From NCBI GenBank assembly GCA_022510765.1, contig JAFLSU010000003.1, positions 5,508-69,507 of the forward strand: a stretch of DNA of 64,000 nucleotides, in the 5' to 3' direction. Of the stretch, positions 9,779 to 18,868 are shown piece by piece (within the stretch, counting starts at the first letter, position 1; every line of letters starts with the position of its first letter). The translations under genes and the position numbers were made by a program. This DNA is from Christensenellaceae bacterium. GTDB lineage: Bacteria; Bacillota; Clostridia; Christensenellales; CAG-138. The notes beneath the pieces are model-generated. The model had not been told where the DNA came from and did not search any database. It saw only the letters and a list, made by a program, of their open reading frames with translations.

Positions 9779-12394
9779 ATGGCGAACCTTACGCCAATGA
9801 TGCAGCAATACATTCAGTTGAAGGAGAAGTACAGCGATTGCCTGCTTTTCTTCCGACTTGGCGATTTCTATGAAATGTTTTTTGAGGACGCAAAAACCGC
9901 TTCACGGGTGCTTGAGCTTACCTTGACGGGGCGAGATTGCGGTCTTTCAGAACGTGCGCCCATGTGCGGCGTACCGTATCATTCGGTCAATACATATATA
10001 ACACGCCTTATAGATAAGGGCTATAAGGTTGCCATATGCGAGCAGCTTACCGACCCTGCATCGAGCAATGGTTTGGTCGAGCGCGATGTAATAAGGGTCA
10101 TTACTCCCGGCACTGTTATTGAGGAACAGATGCTTAACGGCAAGGAGAACAGCTTCATCGCTGCTGTTTATGCAAAAAAATCCGCTTTTGGGATGGCGTA
10201 CTGCGATGTTTCTACCGGAGATTTTACCGTCGCAGAGTTTGAAGGCCGCAATGCCTCGGGAGAGCTATTTAATGAACTTGTGCGTATAGACCCAAGGGAA
10301 TTGATAGTTAATGGGGAGTTTTTTGGCGATGAGCTGCTTGCCAAACGAGTTCAAAGCAAGTTTTATACGGAACAGGCCGATTCACGCCTTTTTGATATAA
10401 CAAGGGGGCAGACTAAGCTTTTAAGGCATTTTAACGTCACAACCCTTTCGGGTTTCGGAATGCGGGATGGAGCTTTCGAGGTTGCGCCAGCCGGTGCGCT
10501 TCTCAGCTATCTTGAAGACACTCAGAAAAACGCACTTTCACATATAAGCAAAATAACCAAGCTTCATCGAAGTGAATACATGGGCATTGATGCGGCGACA
10601 CGCCTGAATCTTGAGATAGTGGAGCCGCTTCGCTTTGACGGAAGCAAAAAAGGTACACTGCTGTACACTTTGGATAAAACCCGGACGGCAATGGGAGGAA
10701 GACTCCTTCGCAGCTGGATAGATCATCCGCTTCAATTGGAGGAGAAAATTAACGCCAGGCTCGATGCTGTGAATTCGATCGTGCTTGCAGTTAAAGAACG
10801 AGAGCTGCTTCATTCTTCGCTCTCGAAGGTCTACGATATAGAAAGACTGTGCAGCAGGATCGCATACGGCACAGTTACCCCAAGAGATTGTGAAGCGCTT
10901 TGCAATACGCTTGAAATCATCCCTAATCTGCGGTTAATTACGCTTTGCTTCGGTACGGAGCGCACGAACTACATCGCAGACAAGCTTGATTCGATGGAAG
11001 ACGTGCATAAGCTCCTTAAAGCTGCGATTGCCGATGATCCGCCAGTATCCGTGAAGGATGGTGGCATAATCAGGAGAGGCTATAATCCCGATGTCGATAC
11101 GCTCCGGGATCTTGCAGAAAACGGAACGAAGTGGCTTGCCGAGTTTGAGATGAAGGAGAAGGAGCGCACGGGCATCAAAAACCTTAAAGTTAGCTATAAC
11201 CGTGTGTTCGGTTATTATATTGAGGTATCAAAATCAAACATAGGCAGCGTTCCGCTCGAATACCAGCGTAAGCAAACGCTTGCTAATGCCGAGCGTTATA
11301 TCACACCTCAGCTTAAAGAGATGGAGGAGCGCATTGTAGGAGCGAAGGAACAGTGCATTGCGCTTGAATACAGGCTTTTCTGTGAGATACGTGAGGAACT
11401 GCTCAAATGCTTGGACAGGCTTAAACGGAACTCCGTTCTCATTGCTGAGCTTGATTGCTATTATTCGCTCGCAAGGGTCGCTGCCGATAATAACTATGTT
11501 CGCCCTAAGATAAATACCAAGGGTAAGATAAACATTGTCGATGGCAGGCATCCCGTTGTTGAGGTGGGCATGAAGGGTACGTTCGTCCCCAATTCCACCG
11601 ATATGAATATGTCGAACGACAGGCTCATCATCCTTACAGGACCAAATATGGCAGGCAAAAGCACCTATATGCGGCAGGTGGCGGTGATTACGCTCATGGC
11701 GCATATCGGTTCGTTCGTACCTGCAAAATCTGCAGATATCTGCATTACTGATAAGATATTTACGAGGGTCGGCGCATCGGACAGCCTTTCGACAGGGCAA
11801 AGCACCTTTATGGTCGAGATGAGCGAAATGGCAAACATTTTGAATAATGCAACCAATCGCAGCCTGCTGATAATCGATGAGATTGGTCGTGGCACGAGTA
11901 CATTCGATGGATTGAGCATTGCCTGGGCGGTGCTTGAGTACATTTCGGACAGATTTAAATGCGGCGCAAAGGCATTGTTTGCAACGCATTACCATGAACT
12001 AACCGAGCTTGAGGGCAAGCTGGACGGGGTAAAGAATTACCGTATTGCGGTGAAAGAAGTAGGGGACGATATAATATTCCTGCGCAAGATAACGCGCGGC
12101 GGTGCTGATAAAAGCTTTGGCATTCAAGTCGCAAAGCTTGCAGGACTTCCTTCTTCATTGATAGACAGAGCAAAGGCCATTCTTTCAGAGATTGAAGCAT
12201 CGGACATCAATAATGCCGCTTCTCGAGTTAAGACGGAGGAGGAACCGTCACAAATCAGTCTGTTAGGTTCCGATGGTTCGGATGATTTATTGGCGGAGCT
12301 TACCAAGCTTGACGTAAATGAAATGACCCCGATGGAGGCTCTAAGCAAGCTCTACGAGCTCAGCGCAAGGGCCAAACTGATAAATAATAGCTAA
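9779..12394 (+). CDS. mutS: DNA mismatch repair protein MutS
   Basis: N-terminal TPMMQQYIQLKEKY...FFRLGDFYEMF, Walker A GPNMAGKSTYMRQ, and DEIGRGTSTFDG. Length is 871 aa. Confidence 0.97.
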   Translation: MANLTPMMQQYIQLKEKYSDCLLFFRLGDFYEMFFEDAKTASRVLELTLTGRDCGLSERAPMCGVPYHSVNTYITRLIDKGYKVAICEQLTDPASSNGLVERDVIRVITPGTVIEEQMLNGKENSFIAAVYAKKSAFGMAYCDVSTGDFTVAEFEGRNASGELFNELVRIDPRELIVNGEFFGDELLAKRVQSKFYTEQADSRLFDITRGQTKLLRHFNVTTLSGFGMRDGAFEVAPAGALLSYLEDTQKNALSHISKITKLHRSEYMGIDAATRLNLEIVEPLRFDGSKKGTLLYTLDKTRTAMGGRLLRSWIDHPLQLEEKINARLDAVNSIVLAVKERELLHSSLSKVYDIERLCSRIAYGTVTPRDCEALCNTLEIIPNLRLITLCFGTERTNYIADKLDSMEDVHKLLKAAIADDPPVSVKDGGIIRRGYNPDVDTLRDLAENGTKWLAEFEMKEKERTGIKNLKVSYNRVFGYYIEVSKSNIGSVPLEYQRKQTLANAERYITPQLKEMEERIVGAKEQCIALEYRLFCEIREELLKCLDRLKRNSVLIAELDCYYSLARVAADNNYVRPKINTKGKINIVDGRHPVVEVGMKGTFVPNSTDMNMSNDRLIILTGPNMAGKSTYMRQVAVITLMAHIGSFVPAKSADICITDKIFTRVGASDSLSTGQSTFMVEMSEMANILNNATNRSLLIIDEIGRGTSTFDGLSIAWAVLEYISDRFKCGAKALFATHYHELTELEGKLDGVKNYRIAVKEVGDDIIFLRKITRGGADKSFGIQVAKLAGLPSSLIDRAKAILSEIEASDINNAASRVKTEEEPSQISLLGSDGSDDLLAELTKLDVNEMTPMEALSKLYELSARAKLINNS

Positions 12395-12412
12395 ATCGGC
12401 AATGTCAATGTT

Positions 12413-14557
12413 ATGAAAAAGATTATTGTACTTGAACCCAATATCGCCAATAAAATTGCCGCGGGGGAGGTAGTTGAACGTCCGGCCAGCGTTGTCAAAG
12501 AGCTTATTGAAAACTCGATTGATGCGGGCAGCACTGCGGTCACGGTCGAAATTCGCAATGGCGGCATCGACTATATCCGCATAACCGATAACGGCAGTGG
12601 CATACCTTCGGAAGACATCGCAACGGCCTTTCTGCGTCATGCCACGAGCAAGATTTCGTCTGCGGATGATCTTGACCACATCGAGACGCTTGGCTTTCGC
12701 GGTGAAGCGCTCGCTTCCATTGCCGCCGTATCCAAGGTTTCGGTTCGCACTAGAACTGATAGCGAGGATTTCGGCATTCATTATATGATTGAGGGCGGGA
12801 GTGAGGTCTTAAATGAACCTTGCGGCTGCCCGTCAGGAACCACGTTTGAGGTTAATGAGCTGTTTTTCAACGTACCAGCACGTCTTAAATTCCTAAAATC
12901 GCCTCGCAGCGAGGCTGCACTGATCGGTGACTATATACTAAGGCTCATCCTGTCCAACACGTCCGTCTCGATTAAGTTCATGAGCAACGGCAAGATCATT
13001 TACCATAGCCCGGGCGATGGCCGTCTTGAAAATGCGTTGTACTGCGTTTATGGAAGCGAGCTCGATGCAAACCTCTATAAGGTCTCCTACGATGATGGAT
13101 ATTTGCGCATTAATGGGTATGTGGGTCATGAGGCGATCGCGCAAAGCAATCGCAGCAAGCAAAGCGTATTTATAAATCAACGCTATATTAAATCGCCTAT
13201 GGTGGCCTATGCCGTACAACGTGCGTTTGATACAAGGCTTATGAGCGGTAAATTCCCGTTTTTTGTTCTTGAAATGCTTGTCTCAAACAGGGAAATTGAT
13301 GTCAACGTGCATCCAAACAAGCTTTCAGTCCGTTTTAAGGATGAGGAGCGCATTGGATTTGCGGTAACAAGGGCTGTAAGGGATGCATTTAATCCAATAG
13401 TTGCATCCACGGTTTCATTAGACGAAGCTGAACAAAAAAGATCCATTGAGTTATCCGAAGCGGATGAGACCGTGGAGATTAAATTGGAACCGAACGCTCC
13501 CGATACGGAAATCAAATTAAGCAGTGAATTTAACAATAAGCCTGATGCCGAGTCTAAAGCCCATTATGCTTGGAGTGAAACTGTCGGGAGCAAACCTGCT
13601 TCACAGTCCGATATTTACAAGCTGTTTGGAAAAAGCTCATCCTTTGAGGCGCATGATAATGAAGCGAGACCTTGCAATGGAAGCGATGCTTGGAGTGCCG
13701 TGGATGAGGTCGAAAGCACCATTTTCCCTTCCGCCAAAGCCAAAGGTGTTTTATCGTTTAATGACAGCGGAACAAGTGCCATAATGCCTGATTTAAGTAT
13801 ACCACCAATGAATTTCAATCAGCATGAAAGAACTTCTACGTCGAATGTTTCTTTGATCGATGAGTCCGAAACGAGGCTCGTGCATGATGTTCCCATAATA
13901 AATGTCCCACAGCCTATGGATTTTAAAGCGGATGATGCCCGCGCTGTCGATGCTCGTATTGAACGACCGAAACAGATTACTCTTGGCATCGAACCATACA
14001 CCGTGCTTGGAGTCGCGTTTGATACGTATATTTTCGTTCAGCAGGGCGATTCAATCTACTGTATAGACCAGCATGCAGCTCATGAGCGGATGCTTTACGA
14101 AAAACTGATTTCTGATGAACTGCGCTTCGATTCTCAGATGCTGCTTATGCCGGAGCTGATACGGCTGGATCCTACGGCACTCGCGCTGTTTCAGGATAAT
14201 CTTCCTCAATTTGAGGAGCTCGGCTTTACCATAGAACCGTTTGGCGAAACCACGCTCTGTGTTCGTGCGGTACCAAATATAATTTGGGGCAATTCGGAGG
14301 GCTTCATTAATGACGCGCTTACGATTATAGGACGAAACGGCAAGGTGAATGAGACCGATCTAGTGCGATCACAGCTAATACAAACCGCATGTAAACGCGC
14401 GGTAAAGGCGGGAGACAGACTTGAAGACGAGGAAATTGAACGCATACTATCTTGGTACGAGGGAGAATCTGTTCCGCTGACCTGTCCGCATGGTCGTCCT
14501 GTAATAATTAGAATAAGCAAGCAGGAGCTGAAAAAACGGTTTAAAAGAATTGTTTGA
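12413..14557 (+). CDS. mutL: DNA mismatch repair protein MutL
   Basis: GHKL ATPase N-terminus IAAGEVVERPASVVKELIENSIDAG, a long low-complexity linker, and a C-terminal dimerisation/endonuclease region (DQHAAHERMLYE, ACKRAVKAGD). Confidence 0.95.
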   Translation: MKKIIVLEPNIANKIAAGEVVERPASVVKELIENSIDAGSTAVTVEIRNGGIDYIRITDNGSGIPSEDIATAFLRHATSKISSADDLDHIETLGFRGEALASIAAVSKVSVRTRTDSEDFGIHYMIEGGSEVLNEPCGCPSGTTFEVNELFFNVPARLKFLKSPRSEAALIGDYILRLILSNTSVSIKFMSNGKIIYHSPGDGRLENALYCVYGSELDANLYKVSYDDGYLRINGYVGHEAIAQSNRSKQSVFINQRYIKSPMVAYAVQRAFDTRLMSGKFPFFVLEMLVSNREIDVNVHPNKLSVRFKDEERIGFAVTRAVRDAFNPIVASTVSLDEAEQKRSIELSEADETVEIKLEPNAPDTEIKLSSEFNNKPDAESKAHYAWSETVGSKPASQSDIYKLFGKSSSFEAHDNEARPCNGSDAWSAVDEVESTIFPSAKAKGVLSFNDSGTSAIMPDLSIPPMNFNQHERTSTSNVSLIDESETRLVHDVPIINVPQPMDFKADDARAVDARIERPKQITLGIEPYTVLGVAFDTYIFVQQGDSIYCIDQHAAHERMLYEKLISDELRFDSQMLLMPELIRLDPTALALFQDNLPQFEELGFTIEPFGETTLCVRAVPNIIWGNSEGFINDALTIIGRNGKVNETDLVRSQLIQTACKRAVKAGDRLEDEEIERILSWYEGESVPLTCPHGRPVIIRISKQELKKRFKRIV

Positions 14558-14573
14558 TGCAAAGGATAGTCTG

Positions 14574-15530
14574 ATGAAAAAGAAGAAGATTTTTGCTATC
14601 GTTGGGCCTACTGCGAGCGGAAAAACAGCAGTATCCGTAAAAATAGCCGCGCGGTTAAATGCCGAAATCGTTTCTGCGGATTCCATACAGATCTATCACG
14701 GCATGGATATCGGCTCAGCAAAACCTACGTTTGAGGAGATGTGCGGCGTTAAACATCACATGATTGACATTGTAGATATCGATGATGATTATAATGTTGC
14801 GCTTTTTCGCAAACAGGCAGGGGAGTGCATTGATGATATAATTGCACGAGGCAAGCTGCCGTTGATCTGCGGCGGCACGGGGCTGTATGTGAATTCTCTT
14901 GTTTATCCGCTTAACTTTTCTTCCGCTGAGCCCTCTTTTGAAAGGCGCAGCGAGCTCGCGGAAATTGAAACCAATGCTCCTGGGACGCTGCACCTTATGC
15001 TCAATGAATTTGATCCTCAAACGGCAGCAAGGCTGCACCCAAATGATACAAAACGAATTATTCGAGCAATCGAAGTATACGAGAGCACAGGGGAGACAAT
15101 GTCCTCCTGCGGCGGTGATTTTATAAATGAGCGCAACGCAGAGATCGAATACCAGCCCATCATTGCAGGAATCACAATGGACAGAGCAAAGCTCTACTCT
15201 CGAATCGAACATCGGGTTGATGTCATGATGCAGAATGGTTTTTTGAATGAAGTTAAGCAAATTCTGAATGCTGGCTTCGACAGAAGCATCCCCGCATTGC
15301 AGGGACTCGGATATAAACAGCTGATAATGCATCTTTCCGGCGAATGTACTTTAGACGAAGCAGTGGAACTGATAAAGCGTGATACAAGGCGTTTTGCCAA
15401 GCGTCAGATAAGCTGGTTCAAGCGCGATAAGCGCATCCGTTGGTTCGACGCGGATTCCCTTGTTGGCGAAGAGTTAACAGATAGTATATTTGAGTATTTT
15501 GTTTCGGAGAGCAACTATGGCCGATGTTAA
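14574..15530 (+). CDS. miaA: tRNA dimethylallyltransferase MiaA
   Basis: P-loop VGPTASGKT and the SADSIQIYHGMDIGSAKP motif. ATG at 14574 follows AAAGGA and lies after the mutL stop (14555..14557). The ORF track begins at a TTG at 14550. Confidence 0.92.
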   Translation: MKKKKIFAIVGPTASGKTAVSVKIAARLNAEIVSADSIQIYHGMDIGSAKPTFEEMCGVKHHMIDIVDIDDDYNVALFRKQAGECIDDIIARGKLPLICGGTGLYVNSLVYPLNFSSAEPSFERRSELAEIETNAPGTLHLMLNEFDPQTAARLHPNDTKRIIRAIEVYESTGETMSSCGGDFINERNAEIEYQPIIAGITMDRAKLYSRIEHRVDVMMQNGFLNEVKQILNAGFDRSIPALQGLGYKQLIMHLSGECTLDEAVELIKRDTRRFAKRQISWFKRDKRIRWFDADSLVGEELTDSIFEYFVSESNYGRC

Positions 15531-15735
15531 ACAAATAAATTTTCAGGATGCTTTTCTTAATCGCGTAATGCGCGAGGGGATAACGGTAAACATCCATGTT
15601 ACAAATGGGTATCAAATAAAAAATGCGGTCATTACGGGCTTTGATAACTATGTTATTGTTTGCAATGCCGATGGGCATCAGATGATGGTATATAAACATG
15701 CTATTTCTACAATAACGTTGAACAACAAAGCATAG
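15517..15735 (+). CDS. hfq: RNA chaperone Hfq
   Basis: Sm1/Sm2 sequence QDAFLNRVMREGITVNIHVTNGYQIKNAVITGFDNYVIV...VYKHAIST. ATG at 15517 follows GGAGAG. It overlaps the miaA 3' end by 14 nt, and miaA-hfq is the classical order. Confidence 0.92.
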   Translation: MADVKQINFQDAFLNRVMREGITVNIHVTNGYQIKNAVITGFDNYVIVCNADGHQMMVYKHAISTITLNNKA

Positions 15736-15775
15736 TCTGACGCAGAATTGACCAAAGAATAGAGAGCTAACAAAA

Positions 15776-17047
15776 ATGTATTGCGAATCGTATAAAAAAC
15801 TGAACATTTCGGAGCGAGCTTACGAAACCGTCCGCCGTCTTGAAAAGGAGCTTAAGGACGTATTTGCTAATATTGAATCCATTGAATGCGAGAACCAGGC
15901 GCGAGTATTGAACGCATTCCATGACTGCCGGGTTGCCGCACACTACTTTAACCCAACGACGGGCTATGGCTATGACGATATTGGCAGGGACAATCTGGAT
16001 AGACTGTTTGCAGAGGCTTTGGGGGGCGAAGCTGCAATCGTAAGCCCTCAAATCATATCGGGTACGCATGCTATTTTTACTGCGTTAGCGGGTCTTTTGA
16101 GACCGGGCGATACGATGCTGTCCGTATCTGGAAAGCCATATGATACCCTTATGGACGCGATCGGAATAGAGAATACCGCACCCTGCTCCTTGAAGGAGAA
16201 TGGAGTCGAATACGATCAGGTAGAGCTAAACGGCGATGGAAGCTTTAAACTTGATGAAATAGCACATAAAGCTAAAAAACTTCAGCCAAGGGTTGCGTAT
16301 TTCCAACGTTCACGGGGCTATGCATGGCGCGAATCTATCATACCACAAAACATGCAGCCGGCATTTGAAATTATTAAGAAAAACTCGCCGAATACGATAA
16401 TAGTTGTGGATAATTGTTATGGTGAATTTACCCAAAATGCAGAACCGCTTGCTTACGGTGCGGATATTATAGTTGGGTCTCTGATAAAAAACATAGGCGG
16501 CGGGCTTGCGCCTACCGGTGGATACATTGCCGGAGGGAAGGCGTATGTGGAGCGAATCGCCAACAGGATGACCGTCCCGGGAATAGGCAGGGAAGCGGGG
16601 TCCTATTTCGGCAGCTATCTGCCATTCTATCAGGGGTTGTTCAACGCCCCGCACGTAGTAGCGCAAAGCCTGAAAACATCGGCACTGTTTGCAAAAGTCT
16701 TCGAGTTTCTCAAACTCCCGACCATGCCTGCGAGCGATGCGAACAGATCGGATATTGTGCAAGCGCTCAGGTTCAATACTAAAGAAGAATTGATTGCGTT
16801 TTGCAGATGCATACAGTCGGTCTCGCCAGTTGACGGTCACGTAGTTCCCGAACCTTGGGCAATGCCAGGCTATCAAAACGAGGTAATTATGGCTGCCGGA
16901 ACCTTCATACAGGGTGCGTCGATCGAGTTAACTGCCGACGCGCCGATTTGTGAACCATTCACTGCCTATGTGCAGGGAGCGCTGAACTATTCGCATGGCA
17001 GGCTTGCCGTTATGCGAGTGCTTACCGAACTGAGTACGGATGATTAA
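15776..17047 (+). CDS. YnbB-like PLP-dependent protein (Met_gamma_lyase / aluminium-resistance family)
   Basis: The family-typical N-terminus is ENQARVLNAFHDCRVAAHYFNPTTGYGYDDIGRDNLDRLFAEALGGEAA...SGTHAI. The position after miaA-hfq is typical for Firmicutes. Confidence 0.8.
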   Translation: MYCESYKKLNISERAYETVRRLEKELKDVFANIESIECENQARVLNAFHDCRVAAHYFNPTTGYGYDDIGRDNLDRLFAEALGGEAAIVSPQIISGTHAIFTALAGLLRPGDTMLSVSGKPYDTLMDAIGIENTAPCSLKENGVEYDQVELNGDGSFKLDEIAHKAKKLQPRVAYFQRSRGYAWRESIIPQNMQPAFEIIKKNSPNTIIVVDNCYGEFTQNAEPLAYGADIIVGSLIKNIGGGLAPTGGYIAGGKAYVERIANRMTVPGIGREAGSYFGSYLPFYQGLFNAPHVVAQSLKTSALFAKVFEFLKLPTMPASDANRSDIVQALRFNTKEELIAFCRCIQSVSPVDGHVVPEPWAMPGYQNEVIMAAGTFIQGASIELTADAPICEPFTAYVQGALNYSHGRLAVMRVLTELSTDD

Positions 17048-17091
17048 ACAGGAAGAATATCAGCATAAATATCCGGAGGAAGCGTATTTCT

Positions 17092-17496
17092 ATGGCAGAA
17101 AAATGTATTCTTTATGATGACAGAGTTTGCAATGGCTGCGGTGAATGCGAGCGATGCGATCTTAATCCATCCAAGCTATGCGATAACTGCGGAAAATGCA
17201 TAGGTATTGATACGAATGCTGAATTTAGAAGTATCAGCATAAAAAATGATACAAATGCAGTTAAAGATTTCGAAGATGAGGCAATCAATGCGTTCCTTGA
17301 TGAGCCGGTTGAGCTTGGGATTCCCGAGGAGATACCTGTTGATCCGGAGCTTGCGATTCAATGGGAGCATATCTTGACGGAATCATTTAAAAACGACCCA
17401 ATGCTTTGCGATGATGCGGATGCTCCCACATTGAGAGCTGTGCGTAAACGCAGCGTTCATAGGAGAAGAACGGGGCAGGGGAGCAGAAAACGCTGA
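17092..17496 (+). CDS. Hypothetical Cys-rich protein (putative metal/Fe-S binding N-terminus, acidic middle, basic tail)
   Basis: Good SD, GGAGGAAG 9 nt before the ATG. The N-terminus has C13xxC16xxC19xxC22 and C30xxC33xxC36. The C-terminus is RAVRKRSVHRRRTGQGSRKR. I recognise no family. Confidence 0.55.
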   Translation: MAEKCILYDDRVCNGCGECERCDLNPSKLCDNCGKCIGIDTNAEFRSISIKNDTNAVKDFEDEAINAFLDEPVELGIPEEIPVDPELAIQWEHILTESFKNDPMLCDDADAPTLRAVRKRSVHRRRTGQGSRKR

Positions 17497-17551
17497 TCCA
17501 TTGTTTGGTTAAAAGCACCACGTTTTCAAAATGGTTATATAGTTTATTTGT

Positions 17552-18670
17552 CTAAACAGCATCGCTGTTTATATCAGCGTCGCTATTTATAGCATTGGAT
17601 TGATCCTTCTCATCCTCATCACGCAGTTTAATCACTTCCGCTGCAATGCGGCGTCTGTCTTCCGATATCGCCGCATAATGCTTGCGGGTAGTATTTACGT
17701 CCTTGTGACCAAGTACATCAGCCACAAGGTAAATGTCACCGGTTTCACGGTAGAGCATAGTTCCGTAGGTACTGCGAAGCTTGTGAGGCGAGATATGCTT
17801 AAGCGGAGCGGCGATCTGCGCATACTTTTTCACCAGTAGTTCTATCGAGCGCACGCTCATGCGCTTTTGCTGAATGGATAGGAAAAACGCATTTTCATGA
17901 CCCTCGGCCGGGAACATGCTCTCTCGCTGGATCATGTAATTAAGAAGTGCCGAACGAACCTCTGCACCGAACACAAGAATGTCCTGCCCGCCGCCTTTTC
18001 GAGTGATGCGCACCTCGTTCGACATAAAGTTTAGATCCTCTAAATTAATGCCGACAAGCTCGCTTATTCGCATTCCTGTACCAAGGAATAATGTAAGTAT
18101 TGCAGTATCGCGCAAGCGGGTTCGAGCGTGAAAACGTTTTTGCGCATCGGTCAATCCGTCACCGCTTTCGGCAGAATCAAGCAAGTCCGCGATCTCGTTG
18201 GGTTCGAGTCGAACGATAGGCTTTTGATGAATCTTTGGCGTGTCAACTAGCGTAGGCGCATTATTTCTTATTTTGCCTTTTTTATAAAGATATTTGTAAA
18301 ATGAGCGCACAGAGGACAGCTTGCGGGCCTTTCCGCGTTCGCCGTTGCTGATAAATTCATCGTTATCGCAGTCTTCGTCAGGATATAGGGAAATGTATTC
18401 AAGAAAGCGCTCTACATGATCAGCTTCGACCTTATCCAAGACGCTGTAGTCTATTGAACGCATATCATCAACACCTGAGCAAAGCTCAGTACCCATAAGG
18501 AATCTGAAAAACAGCCGGAGGTCGAGAGCGTATCCATAGCGCGTCAGCACGCTTGAAGTCGATTCAATTCCACGAAAGTATTCACTGCATGCAGGCGGCA
18601 AATCATTGATGATCTTTCGAAGCTTTATGGTGTACAACTTTGTACGTTCGGAAGAAAAATCACCGCTCAT
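17552..18670 (-). CDS. Tyrosine recombinase, XerC/XerD-like (phage-integrase family), 372 aa
   Basis: The catalytic set is present: GMRISE (Arg I), HKLRSTYG (His-x-x-Arg) and LGHKDVNTTRKHY (His/Tyr). An N-terminal SAM-like core-binding region is present. ATG at 18670 is preceded by GGAGG with an 8-nt spacer. The ORF track extends to 18763 without an SD. Confidence 0.85.
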   Translation of the reverse strand: MSGDFSSERTKLYTIKLRKIINDLPPACSEYFRGIESTSSVLTRYGYALDLRLFFRFLMGTELCSGVDDMRSIDYSVLDKVEADHVERFLEYISLYPDEDCDNDEFISNGERGKARKLSSVRSFYKYLYKKGKIRNNAPTLVDTPKIHQKPIVRLEPNEIADLLDSAESGDGLTDAQKRFHARTRLRDTAILTLFLGTGMRISELVGINLEDLNFMSNEVRITRKGGGQDILVFGAEVRSALLNYMIQRESMFPAEGHENAFFLSIQQKRMSVRSIELLVKKYAQIAAPLKHISPHKLRSTYGTMLYRETGDIYLVADVLGHKDVNTTRKHYAAISEDRRRIAAEVIKLRDEDEKDQSNAINSDADINSDAV

Positions 18671-18721
18671 AGGAAAAACCTCCGTTGTGGATAATTTGGG
18701 AGAGTGAAATTGAGACAATGT

Positions 18722-18755
18722 AACTATTCGCAAAATACAAGTTTTGCGAATAGTT
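18722..18755. repeat. Perfect 14-6-14 inverted repeat upstream of the recombinase gene
   Basis: AACTATTCGCAAAA (18722..18735), spacer TACAAG, TTTTGCGAATAGTT (18742..18755). There is no U-tract on either strand. A third partial half-site, GCGCAAAA, sits at 18758..18765. Confidence 0.9.
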
Positions 18756-18868
18756 GTGCGCAAAACAAGGCATCTTTAACAAGGTATCCTTGTGGAAAAA
18801 ACTTGGCATCAATATATATCGCAACGCTTCATGCCGGTAATCGCTTCTTTGCATATTTAAACGATTAC

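Noticed and set aside
11234-11995. Long antisense ORFs inside well-supported genes. Examples are 11234..11995 in mutS, 14715..15332 in miaA, 16310..16876 in ynbB, 23835..24569 in uvrB, 36184..36792 in lon, 38682..39287 and 39736..40296 in recG, 46368..46982 in deoB, 55185..55784 in the Na/Pi gene, and 61644..62288 in the GH94 gene.
   Set aside because: Each lies entirely within a gene whose product carries unmistakable family motifs on the opposite strand. Their translations are low-complexity or Arg/Cys/His-rich, with no recognisable motif and no SD. They are typical shadow ORFs.
17525-17556. A possible canonical dif site in the convergent gap (CAAAATGGTTA-TATAGT-TTATTTGTCTA).
   Set aside because: Only about 5 of 11 positions match the Firmicute XerD arm TTATGTAAACT, and the left arm does not resemble the XerC arm. 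The resemblance is too weak to call.
17552-18763. The tyrosine recombinase as a marker of a prophage, ICE or genomic island.
   Set aside because: Its neighbours on both sides are housekeeping genes (ynbB, rnhA, nitroreductase, uvrAB). There are no phage, conjugation or cargo genes and no flanking direct repeats that I could see. The only tRNA is 29 kb away with intact surroundings.
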